Of a DNA stretch of 64,000 nucleotides, positions 18,787 to 28,668 are shown one piece after another (within the stretch, counting starts at the first letter, position 1; every line of letters starts with the position of its first letter). The translations under genes were made by a program, and so were the position numbers. The notes under the pieces were generated by a model. That model was not told the DNA's origin. It did not search any database and saw only the letters and a list, made by a program, of their open reading frames with translations. Origin of the DNA: Ostreococcus lucimarinus (lineage: Eukaryota); assembly GCA_000092065.1 (NCBI GenBank), contig CP000587.1; one strand, written 5' to 3'.

Positions 18787-19785
18787 ATGTCGGCGCGCGC
18801 GTTCGCGTTCGCGTCGGCGTCGCGCGCGCAGCCGACGCGCGCGCTCGCGCGCCGTCGCGACGCGCGGAGACGCGCGTCGAACGCCGACGGCGCGTCGTCC
18901 TGGACCGTCGTCGTCGATCGCGCGTCGTCGCGCTTCGGCAGCGACCTGCTCGTCGAGCGCGTGTCGAGCGACTGCCCGAACGCCGCGTTCGCGGGCGCGC
19001 TGGTGCTGACGCGCGCGGACGCGCCCGACGCGGTGCTGAGCGAACGACGAGACGACGGACGCGAGTCGCGGTCGGGACGCGCGGTCGGGCGAGGCGGGGT
19101 GTTCGACGCGTTCGCGACGCTGCCGGCGACGCTCGAGGGCGAGGCGAGACGAGGGAAGAAGACGATCGGAATATTAGGCCTGGGGGCGGGCACGTGCGCG
19201 GAAATCATGGCGGGACATCACGACGACGTGGACATGATCGGGTGGGAGCTGGATCCAGCCATCGTGGAACTGGCGAGACGACACTTCGCGGTGGGGGATT
19301 TGGAACGCGAGGGGAGGTTGCGCGTCGTCACGGGGGACGCGTTCGAGGGGTGCGCGCGGAGCGAGATCGAGTTCGATGGACTCATCGTCGATTGTTTCGA
19401 TGAGAATTCAGTCGTGGTGGCGTGTTTGAAGGATAAAGCGACGTGGGAGGCGTTGGCGGCGCGACTGAAACCGGGCGGTCGCGTCGTGGCCAACGTGAGC
19501 ACGGGACGAGGGAAAGGCGCGAAGCTGGACGACGCCATCGCGTGCGCGCAGGCGCTCGCGGACGCGACGTCGGATGAAGTCACGATTTGGCGCGCGGGGG
19601 CGTGTTCGATATGGAACGAGCTCATTTTGAGCGGGCCCGAGGTGAATTGGCGTCGCGTCGCGGACGAGTACGGCGATTTCGCGAGTTTGACAAAGGATTG
19701 GTTTTACTTTAAAAAGCCAGCGGACGCGGCTTCCGGCGCGCCGTGGCTCGCGAAAACGCTCGGGGTAGACAACGATAGCGCATAG
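18787..19785 (+). CDS. Spermidine/spermine synthase-like class I SAM-dependent methyltransferase-fold protein.
   Basis: GKKTIGILGLGAGTCAEIMA...DMIGWELDPAIVELARRHF...GRLRVVTGDAFEG...FDGLIVDCFD resembles the PABS (spermidine synthase) core. The N-terminus is Ala/Arg-rich and the start is uncertain. Confidence 0.5.
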   Translation: MSARAFAFASASRAQPTRALARRRDARRRASNADGASSWTVVVDRASSRFGSDLLVERVSSDCPNAAFAGALVLTRADAPDAVLSERRDDGRESRSGRAVGRGGVFDAFATLPATLEGEARRGKKTIGILGLGAGTCAEIMAGHHDDVDMIGWELDPAIVELARRHFAVGDLEREGRLRVVTGDAFEGCARSEIEFDGLIVDCFDENSVVVACLKDKATWEALAARLKPGGRVVANVSTGRGKGAKLDDAIACAQALADATSDEVTIWRAGACSIWNELILSGPEVNWRRVADEYGDFASLTKDWFYFKKPADAASGAPWLAKTLGVDNDSA

Positions 19786-19826
19786 CAAATACATTGTACA
19801 TTATTATAGAAACAACACGAATACAA

Positions 19827-20191
19827 TCAATCAAAGTCGCCGAAGACGCTTTGAATCGCCGCCTTCGTCAAACCATCCGGCGTGTGCGTCGCGCGAAATC
19901 CCGCTCGAATCGCCGCCTCAACGTTCCGCTCGTCGTCGTCGAACAACACCACGGTACCCCTAAACTTTTCCCACGCGTCTTCACCGTACTTTTCGCGCAA
20001 AAGTTCCTCTATTTGTCTATTCTTCCCGCCCTCGACCGCGCACCCATCCTTCACGCCGACGCGACTCGGCGTCGAAATGTCCGCTCGCGTCATCGCCCCC
20101 TCGCCCAACACGCGATCGACGTACGCTTGTATGACCGCATACTTGCCAAAACTCGTTATTTTCACATCCATCCCTCGTCGATTCGCGTACT
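19827..20191 (-). CDS. MDP-1-like HAD-superfamily phosphatase, exon 2.
   Basis: NRRGMDVKITSFGKY...GTVVLFDDDERNVEAAIRAGFRATHTPDGLTK aligns with the human MDP-1 C-terminal half (DRRGQDVRLYPEV...[28 protein letters not shown]). The first 2 nt complete a codon split across the intron. Confidence 0.5.
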
Positions 20192-20315
20192 CTGTCGCCC
20201 GCGCCGTCGTCGCGTCCGTCAGTCGTCTCGTCGTCGTCGTCGCGTCCGTCGACCGCGCGCGCGCTCGACCGCGGCTTCGAATCTCGCGGTCGAGCCTCTT
20301 CGTCTCTCGTCGCAC
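20192..20315 (-). other. Intron (124 nt) of the MDP-1-like gene.
   Basis: On the minus strand: GTGCGA donor at 20315-20310, a CTGAC branch-like motif about 30 nt before the ACAG|AG acceptor at 20193-20192. The frame is restored in phase 1. Alternative acceptors are possible. Confidence 0.4.
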
Positions 20316-20499
20316 CTAAAAACGCTCGAAAGCACTCGACGTCGACGAACTCTCGCTCGACGTCGCGCAGCTCGAGCGCCTCGACGCGCTCGACCGTGAC
20401 GCGCTCGGCGAACGAGTGCCGCGCGAGGACGGTGAGATCGAAATCGACGCACGCCAGGCGCGCGTCGCCGGACGCGGGCGCCGCGTCGTCGCGCGCCAT
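20316..20499 (-). CDS. MDP-1-like HAD phosphatase, exon 1 with motif I.
   Basis: MARDDAAPASGDARLACVDFDLTVLARHSF...: DFDLT is the HAD motif I (DxDxT). It lies in the frame of ORF 20017..20943; the remainder of that ORF is read-through. Confidence 0.45.
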
Positions 20500-20647
20500 C
20501 GGTCGCGTCGCGCGATGTCGCGTCGCCGACGTCGCGTCGCGTCCAACACCATCGCGTCGTCGATCGGCATCGGCAGAGCGCGACGACGCGATGGACTCGG
20601 ACTCGCGACGCGGCGACGCGGCGCGCGCGCGATCGACGCGCGGCGCG

Positions 20648-21574
20648 ATGCGCGGCGCGCTCGCGGCGCTCGTCGGCGCGCTCGCGGCGTCGCGCATCGC
20701 GCGCGCTTCGTCGCAGGGTGTTGAGACACCGCCGCTGAACGCGCACGTGAGCGCGCGCGCGCGCGTCGCGAGCGCGGGAATGGACCCGAACATCGAGGCG
20801 ACGGCGGCGGCGTGGTTCGCGAATCTCGGGTTCCGCGTCCTCGAGGGCGCGACGGCGACGACGCGGGGCGCGTGGGGAGGGACGGCGCGCGAGAGCGACG
20901 CGCGGTTCGCGACGTCGTATTGCCTGGACGCGAGCACGAACACGAGCGCGCTGGAGGATTACGATTTCGTCGGGTGGTTGCCGGTGTCGAACGCGATCGA
21001 GGACGTCATGAGCGATCGCGTCGACTTTAAGGTGGTGCTGTTCGAAACGATGGCGACGGAGTGGTGGGAGCACGCGAGGACGCGAGCGGAGAGCGCGAAG
21101 GCGCTGGGAGACGCGTGCGGATGCGGCGCGGGGGCGACGCGGTCGACGGCGTCGACGTGTGGGAACGAGGATTATCATTATTGCGATATTTATCCGTGCG
21201 TGTGGGAGCGCGCGTTCGGGAGCGCGACGCCGGACGAGGAGACGTGGAAGACCAAGTACATCGAGCGCGTGCGCGAGATCAAATCCGCCGCGCCGCCGGG
21301 GCGTTTATTGACGATACCGATGACCGCCGCCCCGGTCGGGCACGCCACCGCGGTGAAGATATCGAAACTCATAGCGCAGTTCCTCGAGATCACGGACGAT
21401 CTCGACGCCTTCGGCGAGGCGTACCCGTTCCTTCGTCGCGATTTGAACGGCGTCGCGCTCAGCAACGTCTCCATCGCGTGGGTCGCGTTCGTCGTCGTCG
21501 CCAGCGCGTACATCGGTTTCTTCGCCAACAAGAGCGATCCGGCGAGGCGATTCGTGCGTCGGCACATCTGTTAG
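20648..21574 (+). CDS. Hypothetical secreted/membrane protein with a predicted signal peptide and a C-terminal transmembrane helix.
   Basis: Start MRGALAALVGALAASRIARASS is chosen to avoid the antisense overlap with MDP-1 exon 1. Cys-rich middle (CGCGAGATRSTASTCGNEDYHYCDIYPC); C-terminal hydrophobic stretch SIAWVAFVVVASAYIGFF. Confidence 0.4.
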   Translation: MRGALAALVGALAASRIARASSQGVETPPLNAHVSARARVASAGMDPNIEATAAAWFANLGFRVLEGATATTRGAWGGTARESDARFATSYCLDASTNTSALEDYDFVGWLPVSNAIEDVMSDRVDFKVVLFETMATEWWEHARTRAESAKALGDACGCGAGATRSTASTCGNEDYHYCDIYPCVWERAFGSATPDEETWKTKYIERVREIKSAAPPGRLLTIPMTAAPVGHATAVKISKLIAQFLEITDDLDAFGEAYPFLRRDLNGVALSNVSIAWVAFVVVASAYIGFFANKSDPARRFVRRHIC

Positions 21575-21679
21575 CGCCCGTCCAGACTTAGTCCATAGCA
21601 CGAATGTCCATAGCACGCTCGCGCGTCGACGCGCGCGACCAAACCAAACTCAACTTCCGAAGCGCCGCACACGTCGACG

Positions 21680-23242
21680 ATGCCCGACGACGGCGCGCGC
21701 GCGGCGGACCACGCGCGAGGGCAGCGAAAGCTCGATGAGTTTCGACGACACAAAGCCGAGGCCAAGGCGCGGTCGAGCGAGGACGCGCGCGCGACGCGCG
21801 ACGACGAGAAGGCTGCGCCGAGCGAGGCTGCGGAGAAAAAACACGACGACGTCGCCGTCGTCAAGCAAAAGCTCGTCAAGGCGGTGAAAAAGGGGAAAGC
21901 GATCGAGGCGGAGCGAGACGCGGCGCGCGCGCGCGCGGAGGCGGCGGAGGAGGCGCGGGATGCGCTGATGAAGGAGTTGGAGGTGGTCAAGGCGGAGACG
22001 GGGGAACGAGCGGCGGCGCGAGAGGAAGCGGAAGTCATGCGAGAGCAGTTGAAACGAAACGCGGAGGCGTTGGCGTACGCGAATGATGAATCACGCGAGG
22101 CGGCGGATGCGGCGCGCGCGGTCGCGAAGAAAATGGAGGAAGAGCTAGAGACGTTGCGCGCGGCGCTGCGGGAGGCGACGGCGGGCGCGGAGAAGGCGTC
22201 GCGAGGCGAGGAAGAAATCTCAAAGCTTCGAGAAGCGCTGCGAGAGGCGAGCGAAGGCAAAGCGTCGGCGGAAAAGCAAGCCGAGTCGTTCAAGCGCGCG
22301 GCGGAACAGACGACGAGTGGGGCGGAATCTAGGGTGTTGGAATTGAACGCCGAACTCGACGCCAAGTCGACGAAATTATCCAGTCTCGAGGCGGAACTTC
22401 TGGCGCTGTCGAGCGCGGCCGAAGACGAAAAGTCTGCGTTGGCGGCTGAAAATATTCGGCTGGCGAGTAAATTAGATGAGGGCCGGTTGGCGCTCGAAGA
22501 GGTGGAAAAGGAGAAGGAGATGTATCTCGCGGAATGCGAAAGAGTGTTGCAGCAAAACGAACAACACGAGCGAATGGCGGAAGAGTTGAAGCAACGATTG
22601 AGGGAGTCCGAGATGAAAGCAGAGGCACACGCCGATGAGATGAGTTCACTCAAGACATCCCAGGACGCGAACAAAGCCGTCGCCGAGGCAGAAAAACGCA
22701 TCGCCGAAGCGCAATCGCAATTGGCGATGGTACAAGATGACGCGAGCCACATGCAAGCGGCGGCGGAATCGCAGGCGAAGGAACTCCGTACGAAGATCCA
22801 AAGTCTGGAAGCGCAAATCCAAAGTTTGGAAGTGGCGTTGCAAGCGCAACGAGCGACGCCGACGCCACCGAGCGCTACCGACGAATCCATCGGACTACGC
22901 CAAGAGTTAGATTCGGCGAATCAACAAATTAAGCAGCTTCAGAGTTTGCTCTCGGACGCTCGCGCAAGCCAAGCCGCCTCGAGTTCCTTCACGAACAAAA
23001 AGAACGAAGACTTCGCGGACACAGATATCGAGGGCGCAGTTCTCACGGGCGGCTCATACGCATTCGTCCCGCTTCAAAATCAGATGAAGTCGTTGACAAA
23101 CGCGCCGATGCTCCACCACCCGATTGCGCTGGAAGTTGCGAGTAACTTTGACAGAGCATCTGTGTACTTGCAACGACGACCGTTCGTCCGTCTTGCGCTT
23201 TCCGTGTACGTCTTCATTCTGCACTTGATCATTTTGTTTTAA
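21680..23242 (+). CDS. Tail-anchored coiled-coil protein (golgin-like).
   Basis: About 450 aa of heptad-like E/K/A/L-rich sequence, then a single C-terminal transmembrane segment (FVRLALSVYVFILHLIILF). Confidence 0.55.
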   Translation: MPDDGARAADHARGQRKLDEFRRHKAEAKARSSEDARATRDDEKAAPSEAAEKKHDDVAVVKQKLVKAVKKGKAIEAERDAARARAEAAEEARDALMKELEVVKAETGERAAAREEAEVMREQLKRNAEALAYANDESREAADAARAVAKKMEEELETLRAALREATAGAEKASRGEEEISKLREALREASEGKASAEKQAESFKRAAEQTTSGAESRVLELNAELDAKSTKLSSLEAELLALSSAAEDEKSALAAENIRLASKLDEGRLALEEVEKEKEMYLAECERVLQQNEQHERMAEELKQRLRESEMKAEAHADEMSSLKTSQDANKAVAEAEKRIAEAQSQLAMVQDDASHMQAAAESQAKELRTKIQSLEAQIQSLEVALQAQRATPTPPSATDESIGLRQELDSANQQIKQLQSLLSDARASQAASSSFTNKKNEDFADTDIEGAVLTGGSYAFVPLQNQMKSLTNAPMLHHPIALEVASNFDRASVYLQRRPFVRLALSVYVFILHLIILF

Positions 23243-23276
23243 TACAACGAATTGGCGAGGCCTAGCGACTAAAATT

Positions 23277-24869
23277 CTATTCATCCCCGACGCACTTGGC
23301 TTGACGATTCCTGATGGCGAGGCGACATTGCTCAACCTCCAAAGGACATTCGTCTTCACCATCCCACCCACCGATGAGCGCTATGAGCATATCAACGGGA
23401 GGTAACGGCTGTAAAGCTTCGATCCAGCGTTCGTTGCGCGCACGTTTGGCTCTTACTCGACGCTGAGCATTCTCCTTCACGTCTCTTTCGAGTTGCTGTT
23501 CTCGCGAGCGAAGAAAGAGCTTTGGAAGTCGATCGGCCTCAGCCGTCATGATTTCCTCCCTCGTGCGTTCCCTCGCACCGGTCGAAGACTTGAAATTGCT
23601 CACGACCACGGCGACTTCACGAATCTTGTCCGTCGTGCGTTTTCCCACGGTGAGTAAAGCGAGCTCGGTGGCCTTTTTGGTCAGGACGTCTTCCGCGGTT
23701 TCCGACGTCGCGTCTTCGAACTTTACAGGGAAAGCAGCGCTCTTAGAGTACTGCACTGACGTTCCTTCGATGGCCATCTTCACCGTGAGCGTCGAGGGCC
23801 AGCGCTCCGTGTATGCCTGATGCACTTTGATGGTGGAGTACAAGTCGCGCGCGCGCGCGCCGAGAGTGAGCCCAATTCTCTCTCGTTCGCCGCACGTCAA
23901 TGGATTGTACCATCCCGCTGGTCCACCCGTGACACCGACGTCGCTACCTACGTTTTTTGGTAACGGCTTTGGTACCATCGTGAGCGTCATCGAAGAGCTG
24001 AGCGTATTCTTTTCGTGCACCTTGTGCACGACTTCAGAGTCGTCGACGCCATGCGCGGCTTTGCACAAAGCCAGCGCCCTTTCGCGCGTGAGTCCTACGA
24101 GCGCCTCCAACCGCTTCGCGTTTAGCTCGCGAACATCCCAAGCGGTGCGTAAATTATGCAACGCGAGGTTCCTACGAATCAAAGGTTCGTTGCACTTTGG
24201 CAAATGCGAACTCGGCAGTTGGCGAAAGCATCTTTCGAGATCGGCTTCGTCTTCAATGACGACGACACCGTTCGGTTTCGCTAACTTCGAAGCGATTTTC
24301 GCCAACATCTTGTTTCGCGCGACGCCGACGGACACGCTGTACCCGCACTCTTCCGCGATCGCTCGACGTATGGATTCCGCAAACGCCTTTCCTCGCTGGG
24401 ATGGCTTGGCACCGTTTTCGAGCTGCACGTACGCCTCGTCCACGGACGCTCTTTGATAAATCAGCGTGCCACCGTCGACCCGCAACCGTTCACACGCAGC
24501 GTACAGCTTCGCGTGCAATTCGTACGAAGCGCGCGTGTACGGCTCGTAACTCAACATGTGATCGTCCGTCGAGTGCACGTGCACCACCTCGCCGCCGTGC
24601 GGCGTCAACAACGCCCGACACTTGTCCGGATTCATGTGTTTCGTCGCCCCTAACTCCCGCGCGCGATGATCGACGCATATGATATCCCCATGCTGCCGCA
24701 CCGCCACCGGCACGTCTCTCAACCTCGGATTCCTTTGTTTCTCCACCGCCGCGAAAAACGCGTCCGCGTCCACGTGCGCGACGCATCGTCCTCGTCGTTT
24801 CGACGTCGGTCTTTCCCCCCCGAACCCGTCGTCGGTCGCGCCCTTTTCTTGACTTCCTCGCGTGCGCAT
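23277..24869 (-). CDS. Y-family translesion DNA polymerase (DinB/Pol kappa-like).
   Basis: AHVDADAFFAAVEKQRNPRLRDVPVAV and ASVDEAYVQL correspond to Y-family motifs I and III (DMDAFFAAVE, SxDEAYLDxT). A thumb and little-finger region follows. Confidence 0.8.
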   Translation of the reverse strand: MRTRGSQEKGATDDGFGGERPTSKRRGRCVAHVDADAFFAAVEKQRNPRLRDVPVAVRQHGDIICVDHRARELGATKHMNPDKCRALLTPHGGEVVHVHSTDDHMLSYEPYTRASYELHAKLYAACERLRVDGGTLIYQRASVDEAYVQLENGAKPSQRGKAFAESIRRAIAEECGYSVSVGVARNKMLAKIASKLAKPNGVVVIEDEADLERCFRQLPSSHLPKCNEPLIRRNLALHNLRTAWDVRELNAKRLEALVGLTRERALALCKAAHGVDDSEVVHKVHEKNTLSSSMTLTMVPKPLPKNVGSDVGVTGGPAGWYNPLTCGERERIGLTLGARARDLYSTIKVHQAYTERWPSTLTVKMAIEGTSVQYSKSAAFPVKFEDATSETAEDVLTKKATELALLTVGKRTTDKIREVAVVVSNFKSSTGARERTREEIMTAEADRLPKLFLRSREQQLERDVKENAQRRVRAKRARNERWIEALQPLPPVDMLIALIGGWDGEDECPLEVEQCRLAIRNRQAKCVGDE

Positions 24870-24876
24870 GTCGTTT

Positions 24877-25269
24877 TTACGGCGTCGATTGATACATCCC
24901 GATCATGTGGCCGTCCGGCGTTCGCACGCACGCCACCGCGCCGTGCGTCTCGTACTGAATCTTCCCGTCCAATCGTCCTCCCAGCGTCAGCGCCGCGTTC
25001 ACGCGCGTCTGCACGTCGTCCACCTCGAAGTGCAATATCGGCGTGTACCCCGTCTGCAGCTGCGATTCGTGCTCGGCGCGTTGCAGCGCGAGCGTCGGCG
25101 CGTTTCCCGTCGTCGAATCCGCACCGCGCGAATCGAGCGCGAGTTCGGCGAACGTTTCCGTGCAGACGGCGATTCGGAGACCGAGGGCGCGCTCGTAGAA
25201 GGCGGCGGCGCGCGGGACGTCGCGCTGGAGGAGCAGGATCTGGCGCAGCGACGGGAACGCGCGCGTCAT
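24877..25269 (-). CDS. Glyoxalase/VOC (vicinal oxygen chelate) family protein.
   Basis: 130-aa beta-alpha-beta-beta-beta module (FYERALGLRI...ILHFEVDDV...VRTPDGHMIGMYQ). Confidence 0.6.
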   Translation of the reverse strand: MTRAFPSLRQILLLQRDVPRAAAFYERALGLRIAVCTETFAELALDSRGADSTTGNAPTLALQRAEHESQLQTGYTPILHFEVDDVQTRVNAALTLGGRLDGKIQYETHGAVACVRTPDGHMIGMYQSTP

Positions 25270-25348
25270 CGACGGACGGCGTGTGGCGCGCGGCGCGAGC
25301 GCGAAGATCGATCGAGGCGTCGGGACGCGGCCGTCGTAAAACTACAAA

Positions 25349-28300
25349 CTAAAATAGACCCGCGAGCTCGGTGTCGGCCTGCGCGAGCTCGATGAGCAAA
25401 TCGTCGTCGAAGAATTTACTCACGGTGACGTCTTCGGACATGCCCTTGCGACGACGCGTCTTGACCATGAACTCGCGAGCGAGGTGAGGGACGGGGGCGG
25501 GTTCGAGGGGACGCAACACGACGGTCTTGTCGAGAGGATCGCCCGGAACGACGGCCCAGTGGTCGAAGTAGGACTGACCGAAGGCTTGGCCTTGGGTGTG
25601 GTAGCGCAGGTCGGTCTCGAAACCAAAGGTTTCGATGGCGGGGATGAGCGCCTTGACGGTGTACACGGGGGTGCCAGGTTTTGGGGCATCGCTGACGACG
25701 TGTCCGCGACGTTTACTGAGCACGGTGTAGATGGCGCTCATGCAATCGGCGGGAGATTGGATCTCAACTTCGTAAATGGGCTCCATCAATCGCGGAGTGG
25801 CCATGAGGAAGGCGCTGTACGCGCAGCGACGCGCGGTGGGGATGATTTGCCCGCCCCCTCGCTGAAGCGGGGCGTCGGCGACGACGGCGTCTAAAATTTT
25901 GAACTTGACCTCGCGGATAGGCTCATCGCACAGCGGACCCTCGCGCGTGCCCCACTGGAATCCTTGTACAACGGAGTCACGAATCGCCGCAAGCAATCCT
26001 TTGTCGACTTCGGACGGCAAAGTGTCGTCCAACAACGCGTTGGGGCCGGCCGCGTCGGGGCCAAACGCCCAGACACTCTTCGCAGCGAGCGCGTCCCACT
26101 CGTACTCTGACTTGAAGAAATCGCTCACCTGTTTCTTCGGCGCACTCAAATTGACTTTGCCGGTCTCGATATCTCGCGCAAGTCCCTTGTCGAGGGGCTC
26201 GGCGATCATCGTGAGTTTGTTCTTTTTGTTCGGCGTCTCCGCGTAGCACTTGAGCGAGCTCGTCTCCACGACGGTTTCGTTAAAGCAAACCACAGGATCA
26301 CTCACCTTGACCTCGATTTCGCTGTACATTTCTCGGAGATCCTTCATTACGCTATCTAAAAACAACTCCCCCGTGCCCATGATTGTGTGTTCGCCGCTTT
26401 CCTCAACCTTGGTCACGCAGGCGGGGTAGGATTTGGTAATCTTGCGTAAACCTTCAACCATTTTCGGCAAGTCGCTCGGGTTGAGAGGCTCCGCAGCGAT
26501 CTTCATCACCGATTTGTTATCGAACTCTAACGGTTTGAAAGCGTACAAGTCGTCGTCGTACCCTTTCGGCATCTTCTCCGGTACCAACGTGGCAGTTGTG
26601 GTGATGCTTTGGTCTATGCCTTCGATGAGGACCCAAGCGCCCGCGCGCGCTTCCTTGATGGGAATACGATAACGCGCTTCATATATCCACATATTCGTCA
26701 CATTCTTCACCACGCTGTCTTCTTCGTCATCTGGGGAGAAGTTTTCGCCGAGAACACGAACGCGATCGTTCTTCCTAAGCGTCCCGCACATCACGCGACC
26801 GAGCGCGTCGAACGCCGAGCAATCGCTTTTTGGGATGAGTTTGGAAACCATCACCACGGCTGGTGCGTCCGGGTCACACGCCCGCATTGCATCGACGAGT
26901 TTGCCACCGTTCTTTACCGGGCCGCTGTAAGCGCGCTCAATCTTCATAGCCGCGCCTTCTTCCGCCGTCGGGATGTGTGCGGCGAGCATATCCGCCAGCC
27001 CAGACGCGGCGCCGAAAATCTTCTGGCACGTCATCTTGAGCAGCGGCTTCGTGTTTGCTTTCGTCTCCTTTGGCTTCAGTTTGATGCCAAATTCCTTCAA
27101 CTTATCAGACACGCTGTCAATAGTTTCACCGACAACTTGGCTGAAAACTTTGTACAACGGTTCGAGGATGAACTGCACGAAGGTGCGCTCGCCGCCGCCC
27201 GGCGGTGGCTTCTTCTTGAACATCCGCGTATCGCCGTGATAATACACATCGCCCCACATCCTCTTTGCGAACTCCTTATGATCGACTAACACGCCGTTCA
27301 CATCGACGTAGAGTTTGGCGAACGATTCTAAGGTGAAACTAAATCCGTACAAAGCGCTCCCAAAGCAAACCTTGCCGTTTTCCGGACTCACCGTCGGCAG
27401 AGCTCCGTCGGCGTCTGGTGTGTAAAACGTCTCGATCAAGCCGTTGATTTCTTCGATCGTGTGACGGAGCTTGTGATAGGCATCCGCGGGCGGAAGCTTG
27501 AGCTCGACAATCAAGCGATCAATCTTCGATATGAAGACGCACACGGGCAAACCGTCTCGCGCCGCGTGCTTGATTTGTCGCGTCGTCGAAGTCATAACAC
27601 CTTCGCACGCATCGACGACAAGCAACACTCCATCCGCCAACCGCATCGATGCCGTCACTTCATCGCTAAAATTCACGTGTCCTGGCGTATCCATGACGTT
27701 AAACACCATCGTCTTCCCTCGACTCGTCTGCAACGGCAGCGTCATCGGCGTCGACTTGAGCGAAATCCCTCTCGCCTGCTCATCCATCCTCGTATCCGTG
27801 TACCTCAGCTGCTTATCGTTCGCCAGCCAGTCATAATTCACGTCGTGCGAACACTCGAGCAGCATGTCAAACAGCGTCGTTTTCCCGTGATGCAAATGTC
27901 CCGCCACGCACACGTTGCGTCCCATTCTTCGCGACTCCCCGTGCAAGCCCACCAGGAACTCCTCGCTCACCTTCATGGCGACCTCCGCGTCTTGCGACTG
28001 CACTTGCGCCCCCACGCTTCCTCCCACGTATCTCTGTCCCGCGGCTTCGATGTTCTTCACCTTTACCGGCGCCACGATGGGCGTCTCGAGCGCCTGCGCG
28101 TCTTCGTTCTCCACGAGCGTCTCCGTGCCCTCCCCGTACACCTCCTCGGCGGTCGGGTAGTACTTTTTATCCTCCGCGAGCGTGATCGCGGACGCGTTCA
28201 AGTCATCATCGTCCATCGCGTCGTCCTCGCTCGCGTCGGACGCGTCGTGGGCGTCCTCGCGCGCGGCGTTCGTCGCCGCCGCCGCGCGATCGTCCCGACT

Positions 28301-28393
28301 CTCGTCGCGACGCGCGACGTCGTCGTCGTCGTCCGACGATCCAATCTCGGGGCCGACGTAGTTTCCGAACTCATCGTACAGGTTCGCGTCCAT
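25349..28393 (-). CDS. SNU114: U5 snRNP 116-kDa GTPase (Snu114/EFTUD2).
   Basis: MDANLYDEFGNYVGPEIGSSDDDDD acidic N-terminus, then an EF-2-like GTPase (GHLHHGKTTLFDMLLE, NVMDTPGHVNF, SKIDRL) and EF-2 domains II-V. Confidence 0.9.
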   Translation of the reverse strand: MDANLYDEFGNYVGPEIGSSDDDDDVARRDESRDDRAAAATNAAREDAHDASDASEDDAMDDDDLNASAITLAEDKKYYPTAEEVYGEGTETLVENEDAQALETPIVAPVKVKNIEAAGQRYVGGSVGAQVQSQDAEVAMKVSEEFLVGLHGESRRMGRNVCVAGHLHHGKTTLFDMLLECSHDVNYDWLANDKQLRYTDTRMDEQARGISLKSTPMTLPLQTSRGKTMVFNVMDTPGHVNFSDEVTASMRLADGVLLVVDACEGVMTSTTRQIKHAARDGLPVCVFISKIDRLIVELKLPPADAYHKLRHTIEEINGLIETFYTPDADGALPTVSPENGKVCFGSALYGFSFTLESFAKLYVDVNGVLVDHKEFAKRMWGDVYYHGDTRMFKKKPPPGGGERTFVQFILEPLYKVFSQVVGETIDSVSDKLKEFGIKLKPKETKANTKPLLKMTCQKIFGAASGLADMLAAHIPTAEEGAAMKIERAYSGPVKNGGKLVDAMRACDPDAPAVVMVSKLIPKSDCSAFDALGRVMCGTLRKNDRVRVLGENFSPDDEEDSVVKNVTNMWIYEARYRIPIKEARAGAWVLIEGIDQSITTTATLVPEKMPKGYDDDLYAFKPLEFDNKSVMKIAAEPLNPSDLPKMVEGLRKITKSYPACVTKVEESGEHTIMGTGELFLDSVMKDLREMYSEIEVKVSDPVVCFNETVVETSSLKCYAETPNKKNKLTMIAEPLDKGLARDIETGKVNLSAPKKQVSDFFKSEYEWDALAAKSVWAFGPDAAGPNALLDDTLPSEVDKGLLAAIRDSVVQGFQWGTREGPLCDEPIREVKFKILDAVVADAPLQRGGGQIIPTARRCAYSAFLMATPRLMEPIYEVEIQSPADCMSAIYTVLSKRRGHVVSDAPKPGTPVYTVKALIPAIETFGFETDLRYHTQGQAFGQSYFDHWAVVPGDPLDKTVVLRPLEPAPVPHLAREFMVKTRRRKGMSEDVTVSKFFDDDLLIELAQADTELAGLF

Positions 28394-28668
28394 CGCGTCC
28401 AAGTTCGCGGGCGCGCCGCGCGCGCGTGTGACGACGCGCGGAAAGTCGCGCAATTCGCGACGACGGTGCAAACCCCCGCGGCGCCGCGGCGCGGCGCGGC
28501 CGCGGTTCGACGCGGCGAGCGGTGGGGAAGCCGGTCGGTGAAGACGACGTGAAACGCTAATAAACTTGAATGAACGTATTACACAAAGTTTGCTCGCGCG
28601 ATCGCGCGGGCGCGCGAAGGCGACGAACGTCGCGAGTGACCATCGAGCGGCGGCGCGGCGCGGCGATT

